NCBI GenBank assembly: GCA_044225175.1
Contig: JBGAJA010000005.1
Location: 17,869-81,868, forward strand
Source of the DNA: Candidatus Omnitrophota bacterium
GTDB lineage: Bacteria > Omnitrophota > Gorgyraeia > Zapsychrales > Fredricksoniimonadaceae
Length of the DNA: 64,000 nucleotides
Reading direction: 5' to 3'
This document shows, piece by piece, positions 1 to 9,220 of this stretch. Under the pieces are notes generated by a model, which saw only the letters and a program-made list of their open reading frames with translations, made no database searches and had not been told where the DNA came from. Numbering within the stretch: the stretch's first letter is position 1; the number at the start of each line of letters is the position of its first letter. A program made the translations under genes and the position numbers.

Positions 1-254
1 CTTGGAGTGAATTTGAAGAAGCATTGACTTCTAAAGCCGAAATTATCCTGCTGGATAATATGACGCCAGCCCAGGTTAAACGATGTGTAAATTTTAGAAA
101 TAAATTCAAGAAGAATGTATTGTTGGAAGCCTCTGGTGGTATTAATCTTAAGAACGTTAAGGCTTATGCTAAGACGGGTGTTGAAAGAATTTCCGTTGGA
201 TCATTGACTTCAATTATTGAAGGAATAGATATCTCGCTGGACTTTAATTTATGA
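1..254 (+). CDS. nadC: Nicotinate-nucleotide pyrophosphorylase (quinolinate phosphoribosyltransferase), C-terminal fragment; the gene begins upstream of the window
   Basis: Translation ...ILLDNMTPAQVKRCV...LEASGGINLKNVKAYAKTGVERISVGSLTSI matches the conserved C-terminal TIM-barrel segment of NadC. The reading frame is open from base 1. Confidence 0.7.
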   Translation, partial: WSEFEEALTSKAEIILLDNMTPAQVKRCVNFRNKFKKNVLLEASGGINLKNVKAYAKTGVERISVGSLTSIIEGIDISLDFNL

Positions 255-919
255 AATTAATTGTGATACTGCTCTTGGTGTGTTTTTGTCCTGTAAGCTG
301 GGCCCAGACTCTGCCTATTGAAGGGGCTGAGCTTGGTTCTGGCGCTATCTTTGATGACCGTGCTTTAATCAATGGGTATACAGATAAGTTTGCTGAAGAG
401 AACCAAGATGTCTTGCTTGCCATGATTGAAGATGATTCTCTTGGGTCATATAAATGTGCGGCTGCTGTTCGAGTTTTTAAGCAAAAGTATGGTAACGAAA
501 TATTATCTGCTGAGAAGAGTGGAATTATTAGGCTCCTTTTACGACGTATGAACCGTACAGATTCTCCATTTGTTCAAGTAGAAATTTTTCATACATTAAT
601 TGTCTTAGATAGGTATCAATATTTCGAATCTATGATGCCTGCATTAATCCAGAAACTTGACCACTACAATGCTGTTGTACGTGACTTAAGCTATGATAAT
701 ATCCTTGAAGTGATTAAAGTGGGACATCATACGAGGGAAGCTAGGATCATTTTTAATAATTTACGAAAAACATTCTTTCTTTCACGAAAACGTTTAAGTA
801 ATGTTGTAACCCCAGATATTAAATTAAAACAGAAGCTAGAGATTTTGCGCTGGTCGATTAAGATCCTAGGCACTCAGGAACTTAAGAAGCTGCCTTCTGA
901 AGTTATCAGTTTGCTATAA
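251..919 (+). CDS. Hypothetical secreted protein with N-terminal signal peptide
   Basis: ORF of 222 aa. N-terminus MKLIVILLLVCFCPVSWAQ is a typical Sec signal peptide. No recognisable catalytic motifs. Confidence 0.45.
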   Translation: MKLIVILLLVCFCPVSWAQTLPIEGAELGSGAIFDDRALINGYTDKFAEENQDVLLAMIEDDSLGSYKCAAAVRVFKQKYGNEILSAEKSGIIRLLLRRMNRTDSPFVQVEIFHTLIVLDRYQYFESMMPALIQKLDHYNAVVRDLSYDNILEVIKVGHHTREARIIFNNLRKTFFLSRKRLSNVVTPDIKLKQKLEILRWSIKILGTQELKKLPSEVISLL

Positions 920-949
920 AACCCTTTTTTGTTATAATTTGCCTCAATT

Positions 950-1798
950 ATGTTGCTTAATCCTTTAACTCTTCACACACCAAAATCTGTTCAAGAAGCT
1001 GCAAAACTCTATAAAGAATTGGAAGATTCTAAGGTTTTAGCAGGAGGAACCTTTCTCATGAACAGTTTAAAGCTTTTTAAGCATAAGGGGACCAAAACTC
1101 CTCGCAATGTATTAAGCTTAAGCCATGTAGAGGATCTTAAAGGAATCATTTTTGATGGAAAGACCCTGACCATTAAAGCCATGACAACGATCACAGAGAT
1201 TTTTGAAAATCCCATCATTGAAGAACATTTTCCAATCCTTAAAATAATTGCTCGTAATATTTCAACGACACCTATACGCAATATGGCTAGTTTCGGTGGT
1301 AATTTAACTTGCCGCTATACCTGGACAGAAATGCCAGTTGCGATGATTGCGCTCGATGCTCAAATGTATTTTATGACTCCTGATGGTCAATCTTCTATCG
1401 TGAGTGCAGAAGATTTCTTTAAGAATAATGCTAGAAGCGAAAACCTTTTTACCCATGTTGTGATTGTTAAAGATTCCAATGCCCGCTTAGCTTACCGCAG
1501 AGTGCGCAAGATGTCTGATGTGGATCAGCCTGCATTGACGCTATCTATTAAGACCTCGATTAAAGATAAGCAATGGAGCAATACAAGAGTTGTTGTAAAT
1601 AGCGGAACAGCTTTTGCCCAAAGGGACTATATTCTTGAGAAATTCCTAGATGGCAAAGATTCAAAGGAATCTTTAGGGCTAGAGGCGTTGAATCATTTGA
1701 CCACAACCATTTATGATACGAGAAGCAACGAATACAAACAGCATATGTTTAGAATTAGCATTCAAAGATCTATTGAGGAAATATGCAAATCCAATTAA
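950..1798 (+). CDS. Molybdenum hydroxylase (xanthine dehydrogenase/CO dehydrogenase family) FAD-binding medium subunit (CoxM/XdhB-like)
   Basis: 282 aa. VLAGGTFLMNSL FAD-binding motif near the N-terminus, typical of the CO dehydrogenase flavoprotein family. It is translationally coupled to the downstream 2Fe-2S and Mo subunits. Confidence 0.8.
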   Translation: MLLNPLTLHTPKSVQEAAKLYKELEDSKVLAGGTFLMNSLKLFKHKGTKTPRNVLSLSHVEDLKGIIFDGKTLTIKAMTTITEIFENPIIEEHFPILKIIARNISTTPIRNMASFGGNLTCRYTWTEMPVAMIALDAQMYFMTPDGQSSIVSAEDFFKNNARSENLFTHVVIVKDSNARLAYRRVRKMSDVDQPALTLSIKTSIKDKQWSNTRVVVNSGTAFAQRDYILEKFLDGKDSKESLGLEALNHLTTTIYDTRSNEYKQHMFRISIQRSIEEICKSN

Positions 1799-2250
1799 CG
1801 GTCAATCAAAGGTTGCACACAATTGAACTCAAAGGTCATGAGACTCTACTTGAAACTCTACGTGATAACCTAGGCCTCACAGGAACTAAGACTGCTTGCC
1901 AGGAAAGTGAATGTGGAACGTGTGCAGTCATGATCAATGGAAAATCAATTTTGTCCTGTATTACCTTAGCTGCAACATTAGATGGTCAAAGCGTGACTAC
2001 CATAGAAGGGTTAGCTAAGGGTGATCATTTGCATCCTGTTCAAGAAGCCTTTATTGCTCATGGATCTTCTCAATGTGGTTTTTGTATTCCTGGGATGATC
2101 ATTTCAGCAACTGCTCTATTAGAAAAGAACCCTAATCCAACCAAAACAGAAATTGAATATGCGCTTGATGGAAATATTTGCCGCTGTGCTGGATATCCAA
2201 AGATCTTCGAAGCTGTAGTTGAAGCGGGTAAGAAAATGGCAAAAGGTTAA
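1783..2250 (+). CDS. Molybdenum hydroxylase [2Fe-2S] small subunit (CoxS/XdhC-small-like)
   Basis: 155 aa. Plant-type ferredoxin cluster CQESECGTCAV plus a second cluster CGFCIPGMI...CRCAGY, diagnostic of the family. Confidence 0.85.
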   Translation: MQIQLTVNQRLHTIELKGHETLLETLRDNLGLTGTKTACQESECGTCAVMINGKSILSCITLAATLDGQSVTTIEGLAKGDHLHPVQEAFIAHGSSQCGFCIPGMIISATALLEKNPNPTKTEIEYALDGNICRCAGYPKIFEAVVEAGKKMAKG

Positions 2251-4603
2251 TATGGCTTTAACAACGAAATCCAAATATATTGATCAATATGTTGACCCGG
2301 TGGGAAAGAGTGTTCCACGCTTAGAGGGTAGAGGTGTTGTTACAGGACAGCTTAAATATGCTTTTGATCTCAAATTTGGCAATATGCTTGTTGGCAAAAT
2401 GTTGCGTTCTCCACATGCACATGCTCGGATTTTGAGTATTGATACCTCCAAAGCCGAAGCTCTCCCTGGAGTAAAGGCCATCGTAACCGGAAAAGATACT
2501 TATGGAATCAAGTTTGGATCCAATGAATATTTTTTCCCCCATACTGTTGATCAAATGGCCCTTGAAACGGATAAGGTACGCTATATTGGAGATGAAATTG
2601 CAGCTGTTGCAGCGATTGATGAAGAAACTGTTGATCAAGCCTTGAAATTAATTGATGTGAAGTACGAAATCTTGCCAGGTGTTTTTGAAATTGAAGAAGC
2701 TATGAAGCCAGGTGCTCCTCAGATTCATGAAGCTTTGAATAATATCGCTCTCATCTTGCCTGTTAATTTTAACAATCCTGAACGTATGATGAAGGAAGCG
2801 GACTACGTGCGTGAGGACAAGTTTTGGTGTCCGGTCGCTCATCCATCTCCCATGGAACCCCATGTCTGCGTCGGGCAATGGGAAACATTTACCGATAAGA
2901 TTACGATTTGGTCTTCATCACAAGCTCCATTTAAGCTTCGTGAAGCTTTAGCTAAAACACTTAAAATGGATTTGAATAATGTCCGTGTCATCAAGATGCC
3001 AACCGGTGGTGGATTTGGTGGAAAGCTTGAGATGCTGCCAATGGATTTTGCTGCATGTTTATTATCTAGGAAGGCAGGTGGAGTGCCCGTTAAAATTTCT
3101 TTAACACGTGAAGAAGAATTTACAACCACTCGTCGTAAGCACGGTATGATTTATACGGTCAAGACTGGTGTTAAGAAAGATGGAACAATCATGGCTATGA
3201 CGGGCCAGGTCTTGGCTGATGGTGGAGCTTACTGCAGTTACGGACCCACTGTTCTTGCAGCAGCCATGATGCGTATCTTCATGGTTTACAAAATTGAACA
3301 TTTTAAAATGAGCGGTTATCGTATTTATACAAATAATCCTATCAGTGGAGCCATGCGCGGGTTTGGGGGGGTGCAATCAGGATTTGCCATTGAATCTCAC
3401 ATGGATATGATTGCCAACGATCTTGGCATGGACCCGATTGAATTTCGTTTAAAGAATATTACAACGGCAAACATGACAACGGTCAATGGAATGAAATTAA
3501 CAACCAATGGAATGAAAGAATGTATTGAAAAAGCCATGGTTGCCTGTGATTGGAAGAATAAAAGAGGCAAGCAACAACATCTCTGTCGGGGTATTGGTAT
3601 TGGAATTGCTGCTGATGTTATGGGTTCTAAGATGTACAAGTCTCATGAATCAGCTGGTGCTATTGTTAAAGTTGAGGAAGATGGTTCTGTATATCTATTT
3701 ACTGGTGCAGCTGATACAGGACAGGGTTCTAATACAGCATTGTCCCAAATTGCAGCTCAAGCCTTGGGGGTGAGTTTTACCCGTATTAAATGTAAAGCAG
3801 GGGATACAGAAATTACTCCGTTTGATACTGGTTCTTTTGCCAGCCGTGTTACTTTTATTTCTGGAAATGCTGCGCTCTTAGGCGCTCTTGATGCAAAGAA
3901 TCAAATTTTAGAAATTGTCTGCAAAGAACATAATTTAAAAGTTGAAGACTTAGATATTAAGGCTGAGCATGTGATCTACAAGGTTGATGGTAAAAAGTTA
4001 ATGAATTTTGATAAGGCGCTTGAACTTTGTTATTCATTTAATTATGGAAAGCAAATCATTGGTCGAGGAAGTTATAACCCTAAAACAACGCCTATTGATT
4101 TTAGAAATGGTTCTGGAAACGTTTCTGGAAGTTACGGTTTTGAAGCGCAGATTGCTGAAGTGGAAGTTAACAAAGACACTGGGGAAGTTAAGGTTTTACA
4201 AATTTGGGACGCACATGATATTGGAAAGGCAATCAATCCTCAGTCCTGCGAAGCTCAAATTGAAGGGTCTTTGGCAATGGGATTAGGTTATACATTCTAT
4301 GAAGATTTGAGATTCAAGAATGGTCGTGTATTAAATGCAAATTTCGCTGGCTATCGAGTTCCTCGTTCGATTGGTTTACCCATCATGACAAGTATCATGG
4401 TTGAAACAAATGATCCTGAAGGGCCATTTGGAGCCAAAGGAATGGGAGAGGCTGCTTTGCTTCCAACATCAGCGGCTATTGCTAACGCAATTGAAGATGC
4501 AATTGGTGTTCGAATTAAAGAACTTCCAATAACACCGGATAAAATCATCAAAGCTCTAAAAGAAAAAGCCTGTCAGACGAAGTCAAATTCAGAAAGCCTT
4601 TAA
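2219..4603 (+). CDS. Molybdenum hydroxylase large molybdopterin-binding subunit (CoxL/XdhA/aldehyde oxidase family)
   Basis: 794 aa. Aldehyde oxidase/xanthine dehydrogenase a/b hammerhead and Mo-binding regions. GGGFGGK motif present. C-terminal GAKGMGEAAL region present. Confidence 0.85.
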   Translation: MKRVRKWQKVNMALTTKSKYIDQYVDPVGKSVPRLEGRGVVTGQLKYAFDLKFGNMLVGKMLRSPHAHARILSIDTSKAEALPGVKAIVTGKDTYGIKFGSNEYFFPHTVDQMALETDKVRYIGDEIAAVAAIDEETVDQALKLIDVKYEILPGVFEIEEAMKPGAPQIHEALNNIALILPVNFNNPERMMKEADYVREDKFWCPVAHPSPMEPHVCVGQWETFTDKITIWSSSQAPFKLREALAKTLKMDLNNVRVIKMPTGGGFGGKLEMLPMDFAACLLSRKAGGVPVKISLTREEEFTTTRRKHGMIYTVKTGVKKDGTIMAMTGQVLADGGAYCSYGPTVLAAAMMRIFMVYKIEHFKMSGYRIYTNNPISGAMRGFGGVQSGFAIESHMDMIANDLGMDPIEFRLKNITTANMTTVNGMKLTTNGMKECIEKAMVACDWKNKRGKQQHLCRGIGIGIAADVMGSKMYKSHESAGAIVKVEEDGSVYLFTGAADTGQGSNTALSQIAAQALGVSFTRIKCKAGDTEITPFDTGSFASRVTFISGNAALLGALDAKNQILEIVCKEHNLKVEDLDIKAEHVIYKVDGKKLMNFDKALELCYSFNYGKQIIGRGSYNPKTTPIDFRNGSGNVSGSYGFEAQIAEVEVNKDTGEVKVLQIWDAHDIGKAINPQSCEAQIEGSLAMGLGYTFYEDLRFKNGRVLNANFAGYRVPRSIGLPIMTSIMVETNDPEGPFGAKGMGEAALLPTSAAIANAIEDAIGVRIKELPITPDKIIKALKEKACQTKSNSESL

Positions 4604-4635
4604 CGAAGTCTGAAAAAGAGCTTGTCAGTTTAACC

Positions 4636-5028
4636 TTGAAGGATATAATCAAAACTATGAAAAAATTATTCTTACTTCCACTACTCGCTTTAGTACTCAC
4701 AGGTTGTACAATTTATCAAATCGATTCTAAAGATACGACCGATAACTTTTATGCACCAAAGACAGAAATTGATCAAGTTCAGTATTTAGAAACCGTTGAT
4801 CGTGCCCACGATCAAATTGGCGTTGTAACAGTCACAACCGAACGCCGTCAATCCTTAGAAGACGCCATTCCCAAACTCAAACAAGAAGCCGCTATCCTAG
4901 GTGGAGATGCCATCACAGACATTCAAAGTGATGCCACCGAAAATTGGAAAAAGGTCAGACCTAAGAAACTCTTAGGCAACGCCTACATCCGCGCAACTTA
5001 TACTGCCAAAGTTATTGTATTTAAGTAA
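4636..5028 (+). CDS. Small lipoprotein of unknown function
   Basis: 130 aa. Lipobox MKKLFLLPLLALVLTGC. YdgH/DUF1471-like size. Followed by a strong intrinsic terminator. Confidence 0.5.
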   Translation: MKDIIKTMKKLFLLPLLALVLTGCTIYQIDSKDTTDNFYAPKTEIDQVQYLETVDRAHDQIGVVTVTTERRQSLEDAIPKLKQEAAILGGDAITDIQSDATENWKKVRPKKLLGNAYIRATYTAKVIVFK

Positions 5029-5039
5029 TAAATTTTAAA

Positions 5040-5077
5040 AAATGACGGACACTTTAATAAGTGTCCGTCATTTTTTT
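5040..5077 (+). terminator. Rho-independent terminator after the Mo-hydroxylase/lipoprotein operon
   Basis: Perfect hairpin 'atgacggacac tttaataa gtgtccgtcat' followed by TTTTTTT. Confidence 0.75.
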
Positions 5078-5158
5078 GTTTATATGGTATGCTTGATTGT
5101 ATGTCTTTGAAGGATATCGAATTTAAGTTGTTCTTTATATAGGAAGAGGAGTTGATCA

Positions 5159-6415
5159 ATGCTCAAGTCAGCGCGATTCTCGTGTGTCACGGTTGGTCTA
5201 TTAAGAATACCTAGTTTCTTGGGCATCACCCTTTTGGTGTCTGTTTTAAGTTTTAATTCTGTTCAAGCTGCAGTGTTTGCTCCACATGACTGTGGGGAAT
5301 TGTACTCGCCTAATTTTGTGTCAGAAATGCACGACCAGATCGATTCCAGAATTGCTGGTTTAGAAACTTCGGTTGGACATATCAATATTTTCTCATCCAG
5401 GGGAAATGGCGGCGGCGGTTGGTCTCGCAACGCGTCTGTGTGGACGAAAAATGGCGACTTTCCCCTTGATTTGACGGGTGTTTCGCCTTGGAACTCCTAT
5501 GGAGGCTACACAAGAGCTGGAACATTGATCAGTCCAAAGCATATTGTATATGCTAATCATTTTCAATATCCCATTGGAACGACAATTGTTTTTATTGATT
5601 CAGCCGGTGCCGTTGTCTCCAGAACAGTTCAGGCGAAGGCTTATATCCAAAATAGTGATATTATAGTGGGGGTTTTGAATGAAGCTGTACCAAACACAGT
5701 AGCTTTTTACCCAATCATGTCCGGGGATGAAATCAACCATTATTTTGATACGACAACGGGTATGCCTTTAGTCGTGCTTGACCAGGAAGGCAAAGCGATT
5801 GTTCGCAACGTTGTTCTTATTGGCCATCCTCAACTCAAGCGGACATTGCACCAGGTAGCTACTAGTTTACCTCGTTCACTTTTTTCTGAGGAGCTTGTGG
5901 ATGGAGATTCCGGCAATCCAGGATTTTTGGTTGCTGGAGATCAGCTTATTTTAAATTTTACTCATAAAGGCCCTTCCCACGGTATAGCACATGGAAATTT
6001 TATCAATGAAATTAATTCTGCGATGACAACACTAGGTAGTTCCGGGTACCAAGTTTCAACATTCGATTTGTCCTGTTTTACTTCGGGTCAGATCGTACTT
6101 ATTCCGCAAACATTTTTTATTTCTGAAAGAGCGGCCAAAGGTCTAGTGGTGGGAAGTGTTTACGCAAAAGGATTATTTCTAAATCATCAACCATATTACT
6201 CAATTATTTCTGGTGACAGCGAAGGTGCTTTTTCTATCAGCTCTTCCACTGGTGCTATTTCCGTATTAAATCCTTCGCTCCTAAATTTTAAAACCAAGCC
6301 GCAGTATGTGCTCACTGTTCAGGTAAGTAGCATACAGAATCCTTATAACCTTTCTACAACGACTATCACAATCAACGTTATGAACGTATCAAGTCACACT
6401 GCAGTTTTGCACTAG
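5159..6415 (+). CDS. Secreted hypothetical protein with a possible trypsin-like serine peptidase core and a C-terminal cadherin-like domain
   Basis: 418 aa with a signal peptide. GDSGNPGF resembles the trypsin GDSGGP active-site motif. The C-terminal SISSSTGAISVLNPSLLNFKTKPQYVLTVQV looks like a cadherin-repeat signature. Confidence 0.4.
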   Translation: MLKSARFSCVTVGLLRIPSFLGITLLVSVLSFNSVQAAVFAPHDCGELYSPNFVSEMHDQIDSRIAGLETSVGHINIFSSRGNGGGGWSRNASVWTKNGDFPLDLTGVSPWNSYGGYTRAGTLISPKHIVYANHFQYPIGTTIVFIDSAGAVVSRTVQAKAYIQNSDIIVGVLNEAVPNTVAFYPIMSGDEINHYFDTTTGMPLVVLDQEGKAIVRNVVLIGHPQLKRTLHQVATSLPRSLFSEELVDGDSGNPGFLVAGDQLILNFTHKGPSHGIAHGNFINEINSAMTTLGSSGYQVSTFDLSCFTSGQIVLIPQTFFISERAAKGLVVGSVYAKGLFLNHQPYYSIISGDSEGAFSISSSTGAISVLNPSLLNFKTKPQYVLTVQVSSIQNPYNLSTTTITINVMNVSSHTAVLH

Positions 6416-6416
6416 T

Positions 6417-6992
6417 TTATTTGAGGATTTTACTAAGTTCTTCTGGGGTGTTGAATGACTGAACAATTCCAGGGTCATCAATTTCTAAATATTGCACTTT
6501 CTGTTCCCGCATAAAATCATTCATGCCTTGATGAACGTTCATGCCAAGGATCGTATTTCTTAAATCGTTATTAAAAATGGGAGGATGGCCGCGTTTTCCT
6601 TTATAGGTGGGAAGAAGGATAGAAGGGTTCTTTGACTCGAAAGATTCAATCAATTCATTGATAGTTTTAGTCATAACAAAGGGACAATCCACAGGAAGAA
6701 GCATAAAACCATCGGCTTTGTAGCTGGCGATTGAAATTCCTTTTTGAAATGAAGATGTTTGCCCAAATTTATAATCTTTGTTGTAGACAACAGAGACTTT
6801 GCTGTGGTTAAATACATACGGTTTGACGACTTCTTCGTAAGCTCCAGTAACAATGATGATTTCACCGACGAGGCTCTCAATCAGTTTGTTTTGTAGTAGT
6901 TCGATAGCTTTGAGATTTTCAATCTCAGCCAATGCTTTGGGTGAGCCAAAACGTTTGCTCTCACCAGCTGTTAGTAGAATGCAAGAAACCAT
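6417..6992 (-). CDS. mocA: Molybdenum cofactor nucleotidyltransferase (MocA/MobA-like, probably the cytidylyltransferase that makes the MCD cofactor)
   Basis: 191 aa. N-terminal LLTAGESKRFGSPKAL nucleotidyltransferase motif typical of MobA/MocA. Located within the Mo-hydroxylase cluster. Confidence 0.7.
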   Translation of the reverse strand: MVSCILLTAGESKRFGSPKALAEIENLKAIELLQNKLIESLVGEIIIVTGAYEEVVKPYVFNHSKVSVVYNKDYKFGQTSSFQKGISIASYKADGFMLLPVDCPFVMTKTINELIESFESKNPSILLPTYKGKRGHPPIFNNDLRNTILGMNVHQGMNDFMREQKVQYLEIDDPGIVQSFNTPEELSKILK

Positions 6993-7021
6993 AATTTCAT
7001 TATAAATAAAGACTTTAAAAT

Positions 7022-7435
7022 ATGCTGATCTTTTTTGTGATTGTATTTATTTTCGGGCTTTCAGCTATTTTGTTGATTACTTTATTTGCCCCTGAAATCC
7101 TACCTTGGTTTAAACCCCATTTAATTTTAGAAAGAAGTGAAATAAAAAGAGAACCAAAGCCTCCGGCTATTCAAAAGCCTCAGGTCATGGAAGGTTTGAT
7201 TGAGCAAGATATAGAATTTAATATTTCTTTGAAAGAAAAGATTGAAAGATTAGAGGTCATTCTTCATGAGAAGAATAAAATTCTTGAAAAGCTACAGACC
7301 CAATTAGATGCTGAACGTGAGCATAGGCATGAATTTGAAAAGGTCCGTGAAATGTTAATAGCGCAGATTGAAAGTTTAAAAAATAAAAATAAAGAATTAA
7401 AAACATCCGCCAAAGGTGGATCAGCCTCTGGCTGA
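7022..7435 (+). CDS. Membrane-anchored coiled-coil protein, function unknown
   Basis: 137 aa. N-terminal transmembrane helix followed by heptad-rich sequence rich in E, K and L. Confidence 0.4.
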   Translation: MLIFFVIVFIFGLSAILLITLFAPEILPWFKPHLILERSEIKREPKPPAIQKPQVMEGLIEQDIEFNISLKEKIERLEVILHEKNKILEKLQTQLDAEREHRHEFEKVREMLIAQIESLKNKNKELKTSAKGGSASG

Positions 7436-8006
7436 AAGAGAGGAGAGCTCAATGGTTAAGATTTTATCTATGATCGTAGGTTTATTTTTAGTAATGCCAA
7501 ATTTGGCACAAGCACAAGAAAAGGAGAATGCTGTGAATAATCCAATAGTTGTCTTAGAAACAAATCAAGGTAAGGTAGAAATTAAAATGTATCCAGAATA
7601 TGCCCCTAAGACAGTCGAGAACTTTGTCGGTCTTGTCAAAAAAGGATATTATGATGGTCTTATTTTTCATCGTGTCATTAAGAATTTTATGATTCAAGGT
7701 GGCGATCCTACAGGAACTGGTCGTGGGGGGGAGAGTCTTTGGGGTGGTAAATTTGATGATGAGTTTAGCGATAAAATTCGTTTTGATCGCAAAGGTCTCT
7801 TAGCTATGGCTAATGCTGGTCCTGGAACTAACGGCAGCCAATTTTTTATTACTACAATTCCAACTCCATGGCTCAATGATCATCACACAATTTTTGGTGA
7901 AGTCGTGTCTGGTTATGATGTGGTTCAAAAAATTGAGAATACTTCCACTCAACCTGGTGATCGTCCAACTCAAGAACAAAAGATCATTAAAGCAACTGTT
8001 AAATGA
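7416..8006 (+). CDS. Peptidyl-prolyl cis-trans isomerase, cyclophilin type, secreted or periplasmic
   Basis: 196 aa with a signal peptide. FHRVIKNFMIQGGDPTGTGRGGESLWG is the cyclophilin signature. Confidence 0.85.
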   Translation: MDQPLAEREESSMVKILSMIVGLFLVMPNLAQAQEKENAVNNPIVVLETNQGKVEIKMYPEYAPKTVENFVGLVKKGYYDGLIFHRVIKNFMIQGGDPTGTGRGGESLWGGKFDDEFSDKIRFDRKGLLAMANAGPGTNGSQFFITTIPTPWLNDHHTIFGEVVSGYDVVQKIENTSTQPGDRPTQEQKIIKATVK

Positions 8007-8800
8007 CAGATGTCTTATTAAATAAAGCGCTGGAAGCTTTTCAACGGGGAGAGAAGTACGCTTTTGCAACCATCATTGAAGCGACTTTGAAAGGTACACC
8101 TCGAAAAGCAGGGGCCAAGATGATTGTGTTTGAAGATGGATCATCTTGGGGGACAATTGGTGGGGGTAGGAATGAAAAAGCTGCTATTGCGGAATGTCTT
8201 AAAGCCTTAGCATCAGGTAACCCTGCGACGGTGACATACAATTATTTTGGCCGTGAAGGGGAGTCTGTGTGTGGCGGGCAGATGAAGGTCTTTATAGAAC
8301 CTTTTATGCCATCGATTCATTTGGTCATTTGTGGTGCAGGACACATTGCTTTGCCCCTTTCTGCCATTGGAAAGATGCTTGGATATAAAATCACAATCAT
8401 TGATAATCGAAAAGAGTTTGCGAATAAGAAACGATTTCCACACGCAGATCAGATTCTTTTAGGCGATCATGCAAAAAAGTTGGCAACTGTTCCAATGAAT
8501 TCGAGTACATATGTAGCCATTGTGACCCAAGGCAATGAATTTGATTTTGAATGCCTTAAGGTGGTTGTGAAATCAAATGCAGGTTATATTGGTGTTATTT
8601 CTTCTCAACCTAAGAAAGTAAAATTCTTTGGACGTTTAAAGAAAGCAGGTGTGGAGGAGAAATATTTAAAGAGAGTAAAAATTCCAATGGGTTTAGATAT
8701 TGGCGCTCAAACACCTTGTGAGATTGCAATTTCTATTACGTCACAAATGGTAATGCTTAAAGAGCAAAGTCATATAGGAACCGATAAGTTTAGGAGATAA
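8003..8800 (+). CDS. xdhC: XdhC/CoxI-family molybdenum hydroxylase maturation (accessory) protein
   Basis: 265 aa. N-terminal XdhC_CoxI domain (ATIIEATLKGTPRKAGAKMIV...GTIGGG) and a C-terminal Rossmann-like domain. Confidence 0.75.
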   Translation: MTDVLLNKALEAFQRGEKYAFATIIEATLKGTPRKAGAKMIVFEDGSSWGTIGGGRNEKAAIAECLKALASGNPATVTYNYFGREGESVCGGQMKVFIEPFMPSIHLVICGAGHIALPLSAIGKMLGYKITIIDNRKEFANKKRFPHADQILLGDHAKKLATVPMNSSTYVAIVTQGNEFDFECLKVVVKSNAGYIGVISSQPKKVKFFGRLKKAGVEEKYLKRVKIPMGLDIGAQTPCEIAISITSQMVMLKEQSHIGTDKFRR

Positions 8801-8801
8801 C

Positions 8802-9209
8802 ATGGAAAAAGAAGAAGCGATTGATATTATTCGTGATGCAGGGTTTGGTTTTTTTGCAACAGCGGAAGGAGACCAGCCACGCGTAAGGCCAATGATGCCA
8901 TATTTATCAGAAGACGGGGAGCTTTTATTGGCTTTGTTAGGTCGCTCAAGAACTATCAATCAGATTAAAGCTAATTCTAAGATCGAGGTTTGTTTTGTAG
9001 ACCGTAAGATGTGGTATTGCCGTGCAACAGGCACGGCGAAATTGACCGATGACGTTTCTAAGAAACAAACAGTCTTTGAGAATGTGCCTATGCTTCGTCA
9101 ATATTTTGCCGGTCCTGAAGACCCTAATTTTTATTTAGCCATCATAGATATCACAGCAGTTGAAGCTATGACGCCTCATAGCCGTAATCCTGAGCAAATT
9201 CCTCTTTAA
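8802..9209 (+). CDS. Pyridoxamine 5'-phosphate oxidase-like FMN-binding split-barrel protein
   Basis: 135 aa. Size and hydrophobic/charge pattern fit the PNPOx-like fold. Generic assignment. Confidence 0.5.
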   Translation: MEKEEAIDIIRDAGFGFFATAEGDQPRVRPMMPYLSEDGELLLALLGRSRTINQIKANSKIEVCFVDRKMWYCRATGTAKLTDDVSKKQTVFENVPMLRQYFAGPEDPNFYLAIIDITAVEAMTPHSRNPEQIPL

Positions 9210-9220
9210 GAAAGGTTCTC

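Noticed and set aside
2284-4551. Multiple minus-strand ORFs of 60-105 aa (2284-2481, 2321-2638, 2648-2878, 2839-3129, 3101-3376, 3397-3639, 4351-4551) and plus-strand ORFs 3525-3773 and 4008-4286, all inside the Mo-subunit gene
   Set aside because: They lie wholly inside a well-supported 794-aa CDS in other frames or on the other strand. Their translations are low-complexity with no motifs. Typical spurious antisense ORFs.
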